Virus record (IMG/VR): IMGVR_UViG_3300001041_000018
DNA length: 64,000 bases
Source of the DNA: an uncultured virus (IMG/VR IMGVR_UViG_3300001041_000018)
Taxonomy: Duplodnaviria > Heunggongvirae > Uroviricota > Caudoviricetes
Reading direction: 5' to 3' (one strand)
The notes below the pieces were generated by a model. The model saw nothing but the letters and a program-made list of their open reading frames with translations. It made no database searches and was not told where the DNA came from. Position 1 is the stretch's first letter; each line of letters opens with the position of its first letter. Shown here piece by piece: positions 28,173 to 37,367 of the stretch. The position numbers were made by a program, and so were the translations under genes.

Positions 28173-28466
28173 ATGAAATGGTGGGAAAATCCTGAGATCA
28201 GGAAAATGTACGCGGTTGGGCAACACGTAAATGGTATCGCTGACGATGGGCAGGTAAACGGCTGGATGCTGGAAGGGCTCTTCGAGACCGAGGAAGAGGC
28301 CGTCGAGCATTGCACCGAGAATTACCTTTTCATAGTGCCTATCCCGGTCGGGATGATGACCGGGATCAAGGTACCAGACGGGCTGTGGTGGCCTCGCTTG
28401 CAGACGAAGGAAGAAGGTCAGGCGCGCTTGGATGAGGCCCGTAGGTCTGGGGAGTTAGAAATTTAG
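28173..28466 (+). CDS. Hypothetical protein
   Basis: Start supplied by the first repeat. Confidence 0.75.
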   Translation: MKWWENPEIRKMYAVGQHVNGIADDGQVNGWMLEGLFETEEEAVEHCTENYLFIVPIPVGMMTGIKVPDGLWWPRLQTKEEGQARLDEARRSGELEI

Positions 28467-28500
28467 CCTAATCAAATTCACAGCTGAATGGGAGGTAGAA

Positions 28501-28983
28501 ATGGGATTATCTGCGCACCAAAGCGCCAAAATGAAAAACGACGAGTGGCTTACTCCACCCGAAATACTGGCCCCACTAGGTACCTTTGACCTGGACCCTT
28601 GTGCTCCGATTGTTAGACCGTGGCCTACCGCTTCGCGACATTATACAGTCGAGCAAGAGGGGCTGAATCAAGAGTGGCAGGGCCGAATATGGCTGAATCC
28701 ACCGTTCGGTAGGGAAGCAGTGAAGTGGCTCAGAAAGATGGCCCAGCACAACAACGGCATCGCTTTAATTCCTGCTAGAACTGAGACAGCGATGTTTTAC
28801 GAGACAATTTGGGGCAAAGCGACAGGTGTGCTGTTCATCAAGGGGCGCCCGCATTTCCACTACGTAGACGGTAAGAGGGCTCCGTTTAATTCTGGAGCAC
28901 CAATCTGCTTGGTCGCTTACGGAGAAAACAATCTCGATGTCCTGAGAGCCAGTGGGCTAGGTGTTGTGGTAACGGCTCTCTAA
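28501..28983 (+). CDS. DNA N6-adenine methyltransferase (phage Dam-type)
   Basis: DEWLTP, FDLDPCA, WLNPPF, LIPARTET. Confidence 0.9.
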   Translation: MGLSAHQSAKMKNDEWLTPPEILAPLGTFDLDPCAPIVRPWPTASRHYTVEQEGLNQEWQGRIWLNPPFGREAVKWLRKMAQHNNGIALIPARTETAMFYETIWGKATGVLFIKGRPHFHYVDGKRAPFNSGAPICLVAYGENNLDVLRASGLGVVVTAL

Positions 28984-29011
28984 CAAATTCACATCTGAAT
29001 GGGAGGTAGAA

Positions 29012-29227
29012 ATGGCAGGAGGATTTTCTAACGTCTGCGCGGTTTGCAACCAGCCGTTCAAGGAGCAGGACAAAGCAATTGTGAGGGCGCTTGTGGTCGT
29101 CACAGGTGGGCACTCGAATCGGAGTAAGTGTGGGGAAGTTATTTCAGGGAAAGTGGTGGTGAGATTTCGGGTCGGGTCGAAGAGACAGTTGGTTCACGCA
29201 AGTTGCTGGGAGGATGAAGAGGTTTGA
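29012..29227 (+). CDS. Small zinc-binding protein
   Basis: CAVC...HASC; start supplied by the third repeat. Confidence 0.7.
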   Translation: MAGGFSNVCAVCNQPFKEQDKAIVRALVVVTGGHSNRSKCGEVISGKVVVRFRVGSKRQLVHASCWEDEEV

Positions 29228-32031
29228 TCTACGCAAGAATAGGTGAAAGCAAGAAGGTCCTGATCGTCTTCGACAACGCCCAACACAAGGACTGGATCAA
29301 AGACGGGAAGGTTTCACAAAAAGGCATCGAGCCCCTCCTCAAGAAATTTATTGACGCGGGGCTCGACTTTTCAGAGGTCTCGGCTTTGTGCCTGGCGGAC
29401 ACGCAGGACTCGAAGCCGAAGGCTACTGAGTACAAATACAAGGCGCCCTACGTTGATGAGTTAATCGAGACCTACGGCTTCAACGTCTGCATCCCGGTAG
29501 GAGCTGGCGCCTTCGAGAAGATCACAGGAAGGAAGGGCGCTGCCAAGTATTTCGGTAAGACGTTGATCTCGGAGAAGTACGCGGGTCTGAAAGTTCTCCC
29601 CTGCCCGAACCCAGCGCAAGCGAAGCATGACCCCGGAATTATGAACGTGATTGCTTCGGTCGTCAAGCAAGCAGTGGTCGAGAAGGAGTTCCCGGAGATC
29701 AGGGAAGCGGACAAGTTGGAGACGCACTACACGATCCTGGATTCAATCCCCAAGCTTCAAGGATTCTTCCAGCATTACACCTCTCCACTGGTCCGGGAGG
29801 TCGCTTATGACACCGAGACGACCGGGCTCTACTTCAACATCGACAGCATCACGACGATCCAGTTCTCGCATAAGCCGGGGTACAGCTACCTGATTCCCTG
29901 CAACGGGCCTGAATGTCCCGCTGTACTGAACCTGTGGAGTGAGGAAGAGTGGGCTTGGATCAAGGCCCAGATCACCCTGATTTTCACGGACCCGAACAAG
30001 CTGATTATCGGACACAACAAGAAGTTCGATGACAAATTCATCAACCATCACTGGGGAGTCCCACTTCAGAAGGGGCGCTCCTTCGACACGATGATAGCCA
30101 GTTTCTTGTGCGACGAGAATACGCCGAACGGCCTGAAAGACCTTACCTGCCAACTCACCGACATGGGCGACTACGAGTTGGAACTGGAGCGCTTCAAGGA
30201 CGAGTATTGCAAGAAGCACAAGATCCTGAAAAAGCCCTCGACGAAGAACCCCGGCAAGCCGGTTTTCTCCTACGGGATGATTCCGTTCGAGACGCTGGCG
30301 CAATACGCCCTCTGCGATTCGGACGCTACCTTCCGTCTTTACCTCCACTTCAAGGAGGAGTTGAAAAAGGAGGAGCAGGAGAAAACCTTCGAGTTGGTCA
30401 TGAGGATCAACTGGCTGCTGACTCGGTTCGAACTGAATGGCTGGCCGATCAACGTGGAATACGGCAGGGAACTTCAGAAGAAGTTTGAAAAAGAAATCGC
30501 TGAGATGGAAGTGGAGTTGCTGGCCGCGCCCAACATAACTAAGGCAGTTGAGGTCCTGACTCAGAACAAGCTGAAGAAGGAAACCGAGACCAAAAATAAG
30601 AAGGCCCTGGAGAAGCTGAAAGAGCTTCGCGGTGAGTTCGCGATGCTTGAAAAGCCCTATGAAGGGATCGACCCGAAGTTCCTCAAGCAGATGGAGAAGG
30701 AGCGTGTCTCCCTCCAGAAAAAAATCGACAAGGCCACTGCCGACAGCACGGTGCGGATCACCGAACTGAAGCAGCCCATCGTGTTCAAACTAGGCTCGGT
30801 TCCTCAGAAGCAGGTCCTCTTCTTCGACGTGATGAAGATGGATGTCGTGAAGCGCACCAAGAAGGGTGCTCCTGCGACGGACAAAGAAGCGATGTCGATC
30901 TGGATGCGAAGCGAACCCAGGCACAAGGAGTTCCTGCAGAAGATCCAGCACTACTCGGAAATGTGCAAGTTCTTGAGCACTTACGTGATCGGGGTTTTAA
31001 GCAAGACGGTGAATGGGAGGGTCCACGGGACGTACAACGCTTGCGGGGCCAAAACCGGAAGATCCAGTTCACGCGACCCGAACCTCCAAAACCTCCCGGC
31101 TCGCGGCGATGAGCGGAAGATGAAGTTGGTCAAAGCGATTAAGAAGATGTTCGAAGCTCCGGAAGGCAGAGTTCTTCTGGGTGCCGACCTCTCTGCAATC
31201 GAAATGCGGTGGGCTGCGATTGTCTCGGGCGACGAGAAGCTGATCGAGATTTTCAAACAGGGCATCGACATCCACGGCGCAATCGCGAAAGAGTTGTTCG
31301 ATTACATCACCTGCCCACCTAACGATGTGAAGAAGCAGTACGAGTTCGAAAGAAACAGTGTTTCCAAAACCGTACAATTTCTCTCCATTTACGGTGGAGG
31401 TCCTGATGCCCTCGCCAAGAAGGTCAACGAGTCCATCATCGAGCGACAAGAACTTGCGAAGTCCAAGGGGGAAACCCTTGATCTCCAGGAGTACACGAAG
31501 GACATGGCGCAGCAGATCCTCGATGAGTACTTCGCCAAGTACAAGGGCGTGGACCAGTACATCAAGGATATGACGATTTCGACTCTGGAAAAAGGCTATG
31601 CCCTCTCATACTACGGGTACAAGCGGCGGGTCCCGGCGATTAACTCGGATGACGAAGGCATCAAGGCCCAGGCAGTACGCCAGGCCATAAATGCCACGAT
31701 CCAGAATCCGGCTTCGGTCAGTCTGCTGCTTTCGATCTGTAACCTGCAGGAGGAGATTGATGAGTCTGGAAGTGACGTACTTCTTATTGGGAGTTGTCAC
31801 GACGCGAATTACTCGGAAGTGTCCCGAGACGGGCTGGTAGAGGCTAGGGACCGTCTACTTTACCACATGACCCAGCCCCCAATGGAAAACTGTCCAATTC
31901 CTATGGCTGCTGAAGCAGAGTGGGGCAAGAACTGGGCTGAATTTAGTGAGGACTTCGGAACTGCCTTGGTAGATGAAGAGGAACTTGACGAGGAAGAAGA
32001 CGAGGACATGGAGGAGTTGGAAGCGGCATGA
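29224..32031 (+). CDS. polA: Family A DNA polymerase with 3'-5' exonuclease and N-terminal UDG-like domain
   Basis: DTETTG, HNKKFD, YALCD, TGRSSSRDPNLQN, DLSAIE, KTVQFLSIYG, HDA. Confidence 0.95.
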   Translation: MIYARIGESKKVLIVFDNAQHKDWIKDGKVSQKGIEPLLKKFIDAGLDFSEVSALCLADTQDSKPKATEYKYKAPYVDELIETYGFNVCIPVGAGAFEKITGRKGAAKYFGKTLISEKYAGLKVLPCPNPAQAKHDPGIMNVIASVVKQAVVEKEFPEIREADKLETHYTILDSIPKLQGFFQHYTSPLVREVAYDTETTGLYFNIDSITTIQFSHKPGYSYLIPCNGPECPAVLNLWSEEEWAWIKAQITLIFTDPNKLIIGHNKKFDDKFINHHWGVPLQKGRSFDTMIASFLCDENTPNGLKDLTCQLTDMGDYELELERFKDEYCKKHKILKKPSTKNPGKPVFSYGMIPFETLAQYALCDSDATFRLYLHFKEELKKEEQEKTFELVMRINWLLTRFELNGWPINVEYGRELQKKFEKEIAEMEVELLAAPNITKAVEVLTQNKLKKETETKNKKALEKLKELRGEFAMLEKPYEGIDPKFLKQMEKERVSLQKKIDKATADSTVRITELKQPIVFKLGSVPQKQVLFFDVMKMDVVKRTKKGAPATDKEAMSIWMRSEPRHKEFLQKIQHYSEMCKFLSTYVIGVLSKTVNGRVHGTYNACGAKTGRSSSRDPNLQNLPARGDERKMKLVKAIKKMFEAPEGRVLLGADLSAIEMRWAAIVSGDEKLIEIFKQGIDIHGAIAKELFDYITCPPNDVKKQYEFERNSVSKTVQFLSIYGGGPDALAKKVNESIIERQELAKSKGETLDLQEYTKDMAQQILDEYFAKYKGVDQYIKDMTISTLEKGYALSYYGYKRRVPAINSDDEGIKAQAVRQAINATIQNPASVSLLLSICNLQEEIDESGSDVLLIGSCHDANYSEVSRDGLVEARDRLLYHMTQPPMENCPIPMAAEAEWGKNWAEFSEDFGTALVDEEELDEEEDEDMEELEAA

Positions 32032-32573
32032 AGAATAAATACGAAATAAAGAATGGAGTGGTCACAATCCACATCCACCGACTCAACGGGCAGAAATTTG
32101 AGGCGCTTGTTTCTGAGGAAGATTTTGTAGCGGTGAATATCTCGGATATTTCATGGTGCATAGATGACAAGACTAAGCGGAGAGGCGGTTATTACGCTTA
32201 CTGCAGAGCCCCTCGTAATTACCCGCAGCAAAATCTGTCAATGCACCGCCTGCTCGCGCACGCTAAGGAAGGCGAACTGGTGGACCGCATCAATGGAAAT
32301 ACTTTGGATAACCGCCGCGAGAACCTGCGAATTGCCGACCACACCCAGAATAACCACAACCGCACCCGGCGCAACCGTAACAACACCAGTGGGGCCAAGG
32401 GAGTAGCGCGACACACTCAGAGTAAGAAGTGGCGAGCCTACATCATGCTTGACTACAAGCAGAAGCACCTCGGGCTCTTCGACACAGTGGAAGAAGCGGC
32501 TGAGGCGGTGAGAAAGGCGAAGGTTAAATTCATGCCTTATTCACCCGAGGCTCAGGAGGCAGCGTGCGCCTGA
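32028..32573 (+). CDS. HNH-AP2 homing endonuclease, probably inactive
   Basis: MHRL...VDRINGNTLDNRRENLR...N; AP2 domain GAKGV...KWRAYI...HLGLF. Confidence 0.85.
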   Translation: MKNKYEIKNGVVTIHIHRLNGQKFEALVSEEDFVAVNISDISWCIDDKTKRRGGYYAYCRAPRNYPQQNLSMHRLLAHAKEGELVDRINGNTLDNRRENLRIADHTQNNHNRTRRNRNNTSGAKGVARHTQSKKWRAYIMLDYKQKHLGLFDTVEEAAEAVRKAKVKFMPYSPEAQEAACA

Positions 32574-32604
32574 AAGAATTCAGAAGTGAATTTGAGGAAG
32601 CAGC

Positions 32605-32748
32605 ATGACCGAGTTCATCTGTGATTGCTGCGACGCAATGTGCGTCCTGGACGTAGACGACGACAATCCCGAACTTCCAATCTGTTGCCCCTACACCGGA
32701 CAAGCGGTGTTCTGGGAGAGGATTATGGAAGAGGGCGGGGAATGCTAA
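32605..32748 (+). CDS. Small Cys-rich protein
   Basis: GAGG RBS; translated by hand. Confidence 0.55.
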   Translation: MTEFICDCCDAMCVLDVDDDNPELPICCPYTGQAVFWERIMEEGGEC

Positions 32749-32761
32749 AGGAGAAAGGGAA

Positions 32762-32920
32762 ATGAATCAAATTAAAGAAGCGGATTACTACGAGATTTGG
32801 AAGAACCCGTTCGGGGATAAGATTTCTTTCATCATGTGGGACAGCAACGACAAGCTCAATCGGCTGACCTTTGAGATGGCGGTGGCTGAACTGAGGCAGA
32901 TTCTTGAGGAGAACTACTGA
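32762..32920 (+). CDS. Hypothetical protein (52 aa)
   Basis: AAGGAG RBS; translated by hand. Confidence 0.55.
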   Translation: MNQIKEADYYEIWKNPFGDKISFIMWDSNDKLNRLTFEMAVAELRQILEENY

Positions 32921-33105
32921 TGATTAAGAAAATTGGGTTGATGGCCTGCATCCTGGGAGCAGGGGCCTTGGTCAGTTTCGGGTTTAGTCTGGGTGCTGAC
33001 ACAGTTACCGGTGAGTCAGTTCAGCGTGGCTTGCAAGTATGGGCCGGAATAACCGCAGCGTTCAGTATGGTAGGGGCTATGTGCGTACTTTTGGAGGCCA
33101 ATTGA
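32920..33105 (+). CDS. Small membrane protein
   Basis: Two hydrophobic segments. Confidence 0.6.
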   Translation: MIKKIGLMACILGAGALVSFGFSLGADTVTGESVQRGLQVWAGITAAFSMVGAMCVLLEAN

Positions 33106-34499
33106 AAGAGTTTGAAGTTTTTCAACAAATCCAAGAAACTGCTTCAAGAAACGAGAAGATCGAGATTTTAAAAAGGAACGATTCTCCGAATCTCAGGAAG
33201 CTCTTGAGCTTGACCTACAATAAGTTTATCACGTACCGGATCAAGCAGATCGAGTTCCCCTCAACTTACAACGAGGTCCAGCCCGACATCACACAGGACT
33301 TGGAAGAGCTGCTCCTTCTGCTTGCGAAGCACGAAACCGGCTCGACCGCTGCGAAAAACATGGTCAGAAATCTGATGAAAAGATGTACCGAAGAGGGAGC
33401 GTCCTGGGTCGCAAAAATAGTTACTCGCGATCTGAAAGCCGGAATCGACGAGTCCACGATTAACGCCGCGTTTCCCAAACTGATTCCGACGTTCGACGTG
33501 ATGCTCGCCCAGCCGATCTACAAAGGGGGCAAGACGCCGAAGAATCTCTGGCCCACTTTGAAATATCCCGTTTTAGTGGAGGAGAAGCTCGATGGGCTCC
33601 GGTGCATCGCGGTCTGCAAAGATGGCAAGGTGACATTCTTTTCGAGAGAGGGGCATGAATTCGATGAGCGCGGAGTGATCGCTGCGGAGATCCTGAAGTT
33701 GAGACCAGAAACGGATTTTGTTCTCGACGGGGAAATTCTCGCTAAAAGATTCAACCCGGACAACAAAACTTTCTTGAAGTGCAAGGATGGGAACTGGGTT
33801 TATGAAGGAGGCAAGGCCCTAATCCGAGCAGAATCAACTACTTCGGACGAAGTGAGGGAGTACCTCGGTTATTACTGCTGGGATTTGTTGCCCATCGAAA
33901 CTTTCTTCGAGCAGAAGAAATCAGCCCCGTTGTCCGACAGAAAGCTCGAACTCGCAGCTCTCTTCGAGCGTCAGGAGAAGTCCTTCAATAACCTGATCCT
34001 GCTGCCGAACGCCTTAGCGAACAACGAAGCAGAAGTGAAGGAGCTTTTTCACCGCGTCAGGACGAAAGGTGGGGAGAAGTATTCAGTTCTGAATTCGAAG
34101 GGGAAGGAGGTGGAGTATCGGTTAAATCCAGGCGAAGGTGTCATGGTCAAGCTCCTTGACTCCGAGTACGAGTTCAAGAGGAGCAGCAAGCTCTTAAAAG
34201 TAAAAGAGTTTTTTACTATGGACCTCAGAATAGTAGGTGCCTATGAAGGTGAGGGTAAGTACCAAGGAATGCTCGGCGGGGTGGAGATGGCGTCGGACTG
34301 CGGGACCATCAAGACCGACTGCGGGACTGGATTTGATGATGCTCAACGCTATGAAATGTGGGTGGAGCATTTGTGTGGGAGGCTCGTCGGGCTCATCGGT
34401 GAGGTCTCAGGCCAGGAAGTCACGGCTGACGGCTCTTTAAGATTCCCTGTGTGGCAGCGGCTGCGGGATGACAAGACTTGTACCAACGTGGAGGGCTAG
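33102..34499 (+). CDS. ATP-dependent DNA ligase
   Basis: EEKLDGLR, FSREG, LDGEI, WDLL, EGVMVK, LKVK, GTGF, LRFP; GGAGG + TTG start at 33102. Confidence 0.95.
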   Translation: MKEFEVFQQIQETASRNEKIEILKRNDSPNLRKLLSLTYNKFITYRIKQIEFPSTYNEVQPDITQDLEELLLLLAKHETGSTAAKNMVRNLMKRCTEEGASWVAKIVTRDLKAGIDESTINAAFPKLIPTFDVMLAQPIYKGGKTPKNLWPTLKYPVLVEEKLDGLRCIAVCKDGKVTFFSREGHEFDERGVIAAEILKLRPETDFVLDGEILAKRFNPDNKTFLKCKDGNWVYEGGKALIRAESTTSDEVREYLGYYCWDLLPIETFFEQKKSAPLSDRKLELAALFERQEKSFNNLILLPNALANNEAEVKELFHRVRTKGGEKYSVLNSKGKEVEYRLNPGEGVMVKLLDSEYEFKRSSKLLKVKEFFTMDLRIVGAYEGEGKYQGMLGGVEMASDCGTIKTDCGTGFDDAQRYEMWVEHLCGRLVGLIGEVSGQEVTADGSLRFPVWQRLRDDKTCTNVEG

Positions 34500-34502
34500 G
34501 AA

Positions 34503-34856
34503 ATGAATCTCTGCAGAATTGGAATCCACGATTGGGAGGAGGTGAGTGACAGAGTTCTGCTCTGGGAAAAGGTCAAGGAATTTTTGACAAGCTTGGGGTT
34601 CACTACTGAGACTGGGCTTATTGGAGATTTATGGCTTCGAGGTGAACTTTCAATCCCCGAATATGCCTGGTGCGGTGACCTCGACTATCAAATCCCAGTT
34701 AATCCTATCTCTAAAGTCTGCCTCCGCTGCGGGAAGGTCCACAAGAATTACTCGGAGGCAAAGGTGATCAGCAAGGTCCACGACTTGGTACTGGAGAAGG
34801 AGGCTGAGTTGAGTAGAAGGAAGAAGGCTGAGGAGATGCTGGGGAGGTCGAAATGA
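34503..34856 (+). CDS. Hypothetical protein
   Basis: LCRIGIHDW...CLRCG. Confidence 0.7.
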   Translation: MNLCRIGIHDWEEVSDRVLLWEKVKEFLTSLGFTTETGLIGDLWLRGELSIPEYAWCGDLDYQIPVNPISKVCLRCGKVHKNYSEAKVISKVHDLVLEKEAELSRRKKAEEMLGRSK

Positions 34857-35098
34857 CTACAGAAGAAATAATGAGGCGGCGAAAACTTTATGAAGAATCT
34901 CCTGAGCTTTTGCTGGAACTTATCGGAGGAACCAAAGATACCTTCGATTTTTCAGAGTTGATCGTCATGATCACGGTGGCTGCTGAGATGGCTGTAGAAA
35001 AGGTGCTGGAGGATATGTTCAGTCGAGGGCTGACCTCTGAAGATTTTAGCTACCTGTACTCAGGCAAAATCAGGGTAGTCAGGGAGGAGTCCGCTTGA
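34853..35098 (+). CDS. Hypothetical protein
   Basis: ATGA overlap; RBS. Confidence 0.65.
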   Translation: MTTEEIMRRRKLYEESPELLLELIGGTKDTFDFSELIVMITVAAEMAVEKVLEDMFSRGLTSEDFSYLYSGKIRVVREESA

Positions 35099-36078
35099 AA
35101 AAACGAATCCTCCTAGTGGACTTCGCCAACTCTTTCTTCAGCCAGTATCATTTCAAAGAGCCTGACAAAGCATGGAAATTCCTCAGCGACATCAAAAAGA
35201 TCGTCGAGCAGTTCAAGGTCCACAAAGTTGTGTTCGCGTGCGAGGGCGGGAAATCCAAGTACCGCCTTGGCATCTACGAAGGCTACAAGGCGAACCGAGA
35301 GGAAACCAGGAAGAAATGGGACGCTGCTGAACTCGCACGCTACGCACGATTCAGAAATGAGGAGATGCCTGACTGCGTTGACCTCGCGAGAAAAGTTGGG
35401 ATTCCCTGCCTCTCGGTCAAAGGGGTCGAGGCCGACGATGTGATCAGCTTCGTGGTTCGCCATGTTGATCTCGAAGAATTCGACGTGATGGTGCTGTCCA
35501 CCGACGCCGACATGCTACAACTCCTCCGTCCCGGAGTGGCACAAGCGGGCTATGCAAAGCCCATGATTATGCCCTTGAGCCAAGGCGAGAAGATCCCGCC
35601 CAAACTCTGGCTGAACCTGAAGGCGTTCCAGGAGCAGTACGAGATCGAGCCTTGGCAGTTCGCCCACGTCAAGGGGCTCTGCGGTGATACCTCGGATGGC
35701 TACTGGACCGTGAAAGGCCTCGGTGAAACCTTCGCCCTGAAGATGATCCGCCAATGTGGGACCATGCAGGAAGTCGAGAAGCAATTGGACTCGCTTCAAA
35801 TTTCGAGGATGCCTGAGAAGGTCCGGGTTGGGCTCAGGGAGAATTTTGAGACGGCCTACAGGAACCTGAAGCTGGCTGACCTTCACCACACGCCCGAAGT
35901 TGAACTGGAGATTTTCGGAGTCGATGGGATCTCGTACCTGAAGGAGAATCTGGAGAACTTCGGGAATCCGAATTCTCCAGATGTTCACGAAGTCAAAGAA
36001 TGGCTCCTCGAATGTGGCAAGGTAGCAGTCGCAGAAAAAGCTTCGTTTTGGCTCCAGCCCTTCGCAGGGAGGTTCTAG
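35095..36078 (+). CDS. 5'-3' exonuclease / flap endonuclease (T5 D15-like)
   Basis: LLVD, YKANR, EADD, STDADM, GDTSDG...GLG. Confidence 0.93.
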   Translation: MKKRILLVDFANSFFSQYHFKEPDKAWKFLSDIKKIVEQFKVHKVVFACEGGKSKYRLGIYEGYKANREETRKKWDAAELARYARFRNEEMPDCVDLARKVGIPCLSVKGVEADDVISFVVRHVDLEEFDVMVLSTDADMLQLLRPGVAQAGYAKPMIMPLSQGEKIPPKLWLNLKAFQEQYEIEPWQFAHVKGLCGDTSDGYWTVKGLGETFALKMIRQCGTMQEVEKQLDSLQISRMPEKVRVGLRENFETAYRNLKLADLHHTPEVELEIFGVDGISYLKENLENFGNPNSPDVHEVKEWLLECGKVAVAEKASFWLQPFAGRF

Positions 36079-37173
36079 TTGGCACAAATAACCCTAACCG
36101 ACGAGCAAGCTGGCGCTGTCAAAGCGATTAAAGATTGGTTCAACTCAATCGACTCGACAATCAAAACCACCTTCGTTTTAGGTGGCTACGCAGGCACCGG
36201 CAAGACGACCATCGTGAATTTCATCGTCGATGATCTGAAATTAGAAGAGCAGGACATAAAATATGTCGCCTACACAGGCAAAGCGGCGATGGTCCTCAGG
36301 AAGAAGGGGCTCCCAGCTACGACGATCCACGGGTTGATCTACCGGCCCCGAATTGATGACCAAGGGAAGGTCACGTTTTGCAGAAGGGCTTTCGTGGAAC
36401 TTGAAAAGGTCAAGCTGATCATCTGCGACGAATCCTCAATGGTGAGCGGCACGATCAAGTTGGATCTGGAAAGCTACGGGATTCCGGTACTTTACATCGG
36501 GGATCATTTTCAGCTTCCCCCTGTGTCCAAGGATCAGGCGAACCTGATGCTCAACCCGGATTATCGCCTAGAGACGATCCACCGCCAGGCGATGGACAAC
36601 CCGATTATTCGCCTGGCTCATTCGATCCGGATTGGGGAGGACATCGGGTACGGGAGGCATGGTGATACGTGCTTCGTAATCCCGTGGTTCCGCGTTGCTG
36701 ATGAATTTTTGCTTAGTGCTGACCAAGTGATCTGCGGGTTCAACAATACTAGGAGGAAATTAAACGAGGAAATCAGGGGATTACTCGGATTTAAAGGTGA
36801 TCTCCCTGCACCCGGCGACAAGCTCATCTGCCTGAAAAATAATAACGAGATGGGACTCGTGAATGGGATGCTCGGGACATGCGGGTCCTACGACTCGATT
36901 GGAAAATATCTGGACTTCACGAACGACGATGGAATTCACTACGAGTGCCTGGACATCGACGATCAGGTTTTCTTGGGTGGGCAGGTTTATTACCAGCGAG
37001 GCATTGAGCAATTCGACTTCGGCTACGCTTTAACGTGCCACAAATTTCAGGGCTCAGAGGCGCCGAAGATTATGGTCTTCGAGGAACTTTTCGGGAACGA
37101 TGAGGAGATGCACAGGCGCTGGCGCTATACGGCCTATACCCGTGCTTCAGAAAAACTGATGATCGTCAAATAA
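36079..37173 (+). CDS. Superfamily 1B helicase (Dda/RecD-like)
   Basis: GYAGTGKT, TIH, DESSM, GDHFQLPPV, HRQ, YALTCHKFQGSE, YTAYTRA. Confidence 0.93.
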   Translation: MAQITLTDEQAGAVKAIKDWFNSIDSTIKTTFVLGGYAGTGKTTIVNFIVDDLKLEEQDIKYVAYTGKAAMVLRKKGLPATTIHGLIYRPRIDDQGKVTFCRRAFVELEKVKLIICDESSMVSGTIKLDLESYGIPVLYIGDHFQLPPVSKDQANLMLNPDYRLETIHRQAMDNPIIRLAHSIRIGEDIGYGRHGDTCFVIPWFRVADEFLLSADQVICGFNNTRRKLNEEIRGLLGFKGDLPAPGDKLICLKNNNEMGLVNGMLGTCGSYDSIGKYLDFTNDDGIHYECLDIDDQVFLGGQVYYQRGIEQFDFGYALTCHKFQGSEAPKIMVFEELFGNDEEMHRRWRYTAYTRASEKLMIVK

Positions 37174-37175
37174 AT

Positions 37176-37226
37176 ATTCAGATGTGAATTTTTTATCTTG
37201 ACATTTAGGCCGAAGTAGATTATTGT
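37176..37226 (+). promoter_or_regulatory. Palindrome plus promoter TTGACA-17-TATTGT
   Basis: -35 at 37198-37203, -10 at 37221-37226. Confidence 0.7.
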
Positions 37227-37238
37227 CAGAACTGTGGT

Positions 37239-37270
37239 TGAGGGGCCTTCTTCGGGAGGCTCCTCTTTTC
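37239..37270 (+). terminator. Rho-independent terminator
   Basis: GAGGGGCCTTC-TTCG-GGAGGCTCCTC-TTTT. Confidence 0.85.
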
Positions 37271-37280
37271 ACCAGAAAGT

Positions 37281-37342
37281 ATTCACAAGTGAATTTTTAT
37301 CTTGACAAAAAGTCAGAAATGAATTAGAATTCAAATATGGAT
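37281..37342 (+). promoter_or_regulatory. Promoter TTGACA-17-TAGAAT with three palindrome copies
   Basis: -35 at 37302-37307, -10 at 37325-37330; sites at 37281, 37311, 37329. Confidence 0.85.
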
Positions 37343-37367
37343 TGAAGACAAAACAAAGGAGGTTCAG

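Larger units (their letters stand above)
28145..29014 (+). repeat. Three 31-bp direct repeats CAAATTCACA(T/G)CTGAATGGGAGGTAGAAATG
   Basis: 28145-28175, 28473-28503, 28984-29014; each ends in the ATG of the next gene. Confidence 0.95.

Noticed and set aside
28145..29014. CRISPR array
   Set aside because: The spacers are whole genes of about 300-480 bp and no cas genes are present
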